The position numbers and the translations under genes were made by a program. Under the pieces are notes generated by a model. It searched no databases. It had not been told where the DNA came from and saw nothing but the letters and a program-made list of their open reading frames with translations. Positions 62,024-64,000 of a stretch of DNA of 64,000 bases are shown one piece after another. Source of the DNA: Takakia lepidozioides. Taxonomy: Eukaryota > Plantae > Bryophyta. Location of the stretch: contig CM060732.1 of assembly GCA_030704615.1 (NCBI GenBank), forward strand, positions 28,520,001 through 28,584,000, written 5' to 3'. Numbering within the stretch: the stretch's first letter is position 1; each line of letters opens with the position of its first letter.

Positions 62024-62415
62024 CGAACGCGACGCTTGTTTTTATATATTTATAGATTTAAGCGACCGCCATATGACAGTCGTTTGTTTTTTTAATATTT
62101 TCAAAATTAAGGCGTTCATATATATACGGTCGCTTGTCTATATATATATATATATATAACGACCGCCTTATGGCGGGGCCGCTTGTTTTTTTTATATTTT
62201 TAAAATTATTCGACCTCCAATACGACGGTCGTTTTTTAAAAATAAAAAATAAAAAATAAAAAATTAGGTGACCGCCAATTTTTTTTAAAAAAAAATTAAG
62301 CAACCGCCAATATAGCGGTCGCTTTTATTTTTTAAATTTCGAAATATAAAGCACCGCCAGAATTGGCGGTCGTTTTTATTTTATTATTTTTCAAAATATA
62401 TTTGCCACCGCCACC
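61730..62415. repeat. Iterated GCGACCGCC...GGCGGTCGC hairpin motifs in an AT-rich background (probable DNA-transposon subterminal region)
   Basis: Multiple GACCGCC/CGGTCG inverted pairs separated by A/T tracts. Confidence 0.55.
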
Positions 62416-64000
62416 GTGTGGGCGATGTGGCTGCTTAAGTGACAACATTTTATCTAGTACTCTTTTTACGAGAACATTCTTGGAATCTGACGTGATGGAG
62501 GTCCTGTCAGCGTCAGGTCTAACATGACCTGACTCTGACTGATGGATATGACGCTGATAACCGGGGTGACGAGCCCCTAGAGAGAAAAGATGAGGTAGGA
62601 AAGCAACAATCCCCACAAGAGAGGTGAGCTTCTATCCCTTTCTCTAGGTTTTGGTAGTCCTCTTAGCCAAGTGAAGGCACCCTAGGATGGAGAGAGGGTT
62701 TCTTGGTCTCTGTTCAAAGTTTTGCTTTGTTCTTTTGTGTTTTGTTGTTGAAAGTTCTTTGTACTAACCCTAGCTTGGTCCTACTAACAAGAGAGTAGTA
62801 TGAGCTTGGGAAGGTGAGAAAACTTACTCTCCTTAGTGGCCAAGAGGCCCAAGGAGTTGTCATATTGTTCTTTGTTTTGCTTTTTGTCTTAAGAGTGGAA
62901 AGATAATCCTACAGTGTTATCCATGCAGTGGAGTAGCTCTAAAATGGGTGGGGATTCTTGGCCACTGGGCCTTTTGTGTTGTTGAAGTTGATGAACCACT
63001 AACCCTTGACTTCCAAGACTAACCATGCAAGGGTTAACTTAGTTCAAGCTTGGAGTCAATATGAATGTTAGTTTTGTCATTTGAAGTTGAGAGGAGTGAA
63101 GCCTAGAGCAACTATGTCTAAACCTCATTTGTCCTCTCCACTAGACTTCATTTTCCTTCATGAAAGAGAGGGAAAACAAAGAAGGTTAGGGAGAATGATT
63201 TTTTTTTTGGCAAGTGTAATTTTTCTTTGTTCCAGGTCGCTGGAATTTTAAACACCTTCCCAACACAATTTTTCAGAGCTTGATTCTATTAAGTTTGGGC
63301 CCCCAATAGCCCATATAAAGCTTGGGGGACCTTATTCTTGAAGAAGCTAGTATATTTTTTGACTAACCCCAAAGGTTTTGGCATGTTATGGGGGATGGGT
63401 TGTTCTTTTTCAGGCATGATGGATTTAAGTGGGACATGGTGATGGGCCTTTATACCTAGGTCAATAGCCAGCTTTGGCTATTTGTGTGTAACTAAGCACG
63501 AACCACGAGAAGGTGGGGTGGGGTGGGGTGGGGTGGGGGGGGGGGGTGACTGGCGTCAGGCCTGCACGGCTGTAGGGCTGTGCAGCAAGCTTAAGAAGCG
63601 TGGGGGATTTCCAAATCCCGTTCGGATCCCCTGATTCCAGCTTTTACCTGTCGGTTTGGACAGCTGGAGTTGGTGCGGGACCCGCGCCAGCGCCAATAGC
63701 GCCGCGCCACCAGTGTGTGGCAGGCCCAACGTCCGCCGAAAAAAAAAACATCTTCATATTAACCACTGCTGGTCCCTGGTACGGGTATTTTAAGGGGGGT
63801 TTTCTCCCTATGCCTTTGATTTCTTGTGCACTACTCTTGGTGTTCTTCTTACATGGGAATGAATGCGTGTTTTAACAAAAGATAAGAAATGGTTGGTACC
63901 ATTGGATAGGCCCGCTTGAAGCCATCAGTTTGATATGTATCCCGGGGCTTGTGAAAGCACGACTCGCGGATGGATGCCATAGGCAGAGAGAGAGAGCCCA

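Noticed and set aside
62420-63500. Solo LTR
   Set aside because: LTR-like composition, but no TG..CA ends with a TSD could be fixed.
63513-63547. (GGGGT)n/poly-G G-quadruplex or telomere
   Set aside because: Short simple repeat, not the plant TTTAGGG type, with no functional evidence.

Overview
Eukaryotic genomic DNA from a land plant, probably a non-seed plant. Two ordinary intron-containing genes bracket the window: the 5' end of GPN2 (minus strand, 262-562) and a complete GRWD1/RRB1-type WD40 gene (51134-58183). Most of the DNA between them is one four-level nested mobile structure. (1) A giant foldback element (5812-50684, 8-bp TSD AGGCTCTT) has ~10.2-kb inverted arms that carry captured gene fragments (starch synthase, a BK-channel-like exon) and a SINE, around a 1.5-kb spacer containing an RLE-type LINE fragment. 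(2) A 5'-truncated L1 is inserted in its right arm. (3) A ~12-kb (net) Mutator-like element with a 9-bp TSD and no true TIRs is inserted in the L1. (4) A chromovirus Ty3/gypsy is inserted in that element's transposase. The most striking system is in the Mutator-like element: divergent from the transposase lies a spliced gene with a ParB/Srx-like N-terminus and a beta-class N6A/N4C DNA-methyltransferase-like C-terminus. It sits directly behind 17 tandem ~116-bp units, each carrying a 28-bp palindrome reminiscent of parS. This copy is decayed. All protein family calls come from motif recognition by eye; no database searches were run.
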